64,000 bases of DNA from Vicugna vicugna (taxonomy: Eukaryota), in the NCBI GenBank assembly GCA_013265495.1, contig MU057887.1, forward strand, positions 4,119,668 through 4,183,667. Direction: 5' to 3'. A model generated the notes under the pieces. It saw only the letters and a list, made by a program, of their open reading frames with translations, was not told the DNA's origin and searched no databases. Both the position numbers and the translations under genes were made by a program. Positions 63,586-64,000 of this stretch are shown one piece after another. The number at the start of each line of letters is the position of its first letter. Position 1 is the stretch's first letter.

Positions 63586-64000
63586 AATAACCATACTCAC
63601 AACCCTGATCTGTCCTTCCCCCACTGCAATATCAGATAACCCTCACCGAATGTGACTCCTCCAGCTGGATTTCAACCACTTCTCTCCCTATGCAGCTCCA
63701 CTTGAAGCCAGAACATGTTGATACCCTAAAAAGTGCCAGTAACATAGCTGGTGCTCAAGAAATAGTTTTCCAATTGAATGAACATAGTCTCAGGGTTATA
63801 ACTTCACTCAGTGCCCATGAATACCTCAGTCCAGCCTGCGCAGCCTGTACTATGTACTGAAAGTTCAGTTTTGGCCTCAGTCAGCATAGTCTGTATGGCC
63901 AACTCCAAGTCCAGCCGGATCAGCATCCCGTGGTCAGATACCTCTGTCCGGCACTGTTCAGCACTCGCTGGGGAATCAGCGCCTCCAGCTCCGATCAGTA

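Overview
Mammalian genomic DNA, most likely camelid (a Vic-1-type tRNA-derived SINE is present), syntenic with human 22q13.33. Gene order: KLHDC7B (+), SYCE3 (-), CPT1B (-), CHKB (-), then ~21 kb of nested transposon fossils (ERVL-type pol, LTRs, a Charlie hAT element split by an old L1 that is itself split by a young L1 with ~1000 open ORF2 codons). SYCE3 (88 aa), CPT1B (772 aa) and CHKB (395 aa) splice to intact CDSs with GT-AG introns. The main oddity is KLHDC7B: its long single-exon ORF is broken by a 35-nt non-repeat segment inside the Pro-Ala repeat, and removing it restores a 1221-aa frame. Other points of note: a U6/L1 chimeric retrocopy with target-site duplications (TSDs), an in-frame upstream ATG in SYCE3 exon 1, a G-rich higher-order minisatellite next to the SYCE3 promoter, and a 36-nt L1 insertion. 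I found no evidence of a wholly new multi-gene system. Orthologue and repeat-family names come from recalled sequences, not database searches.
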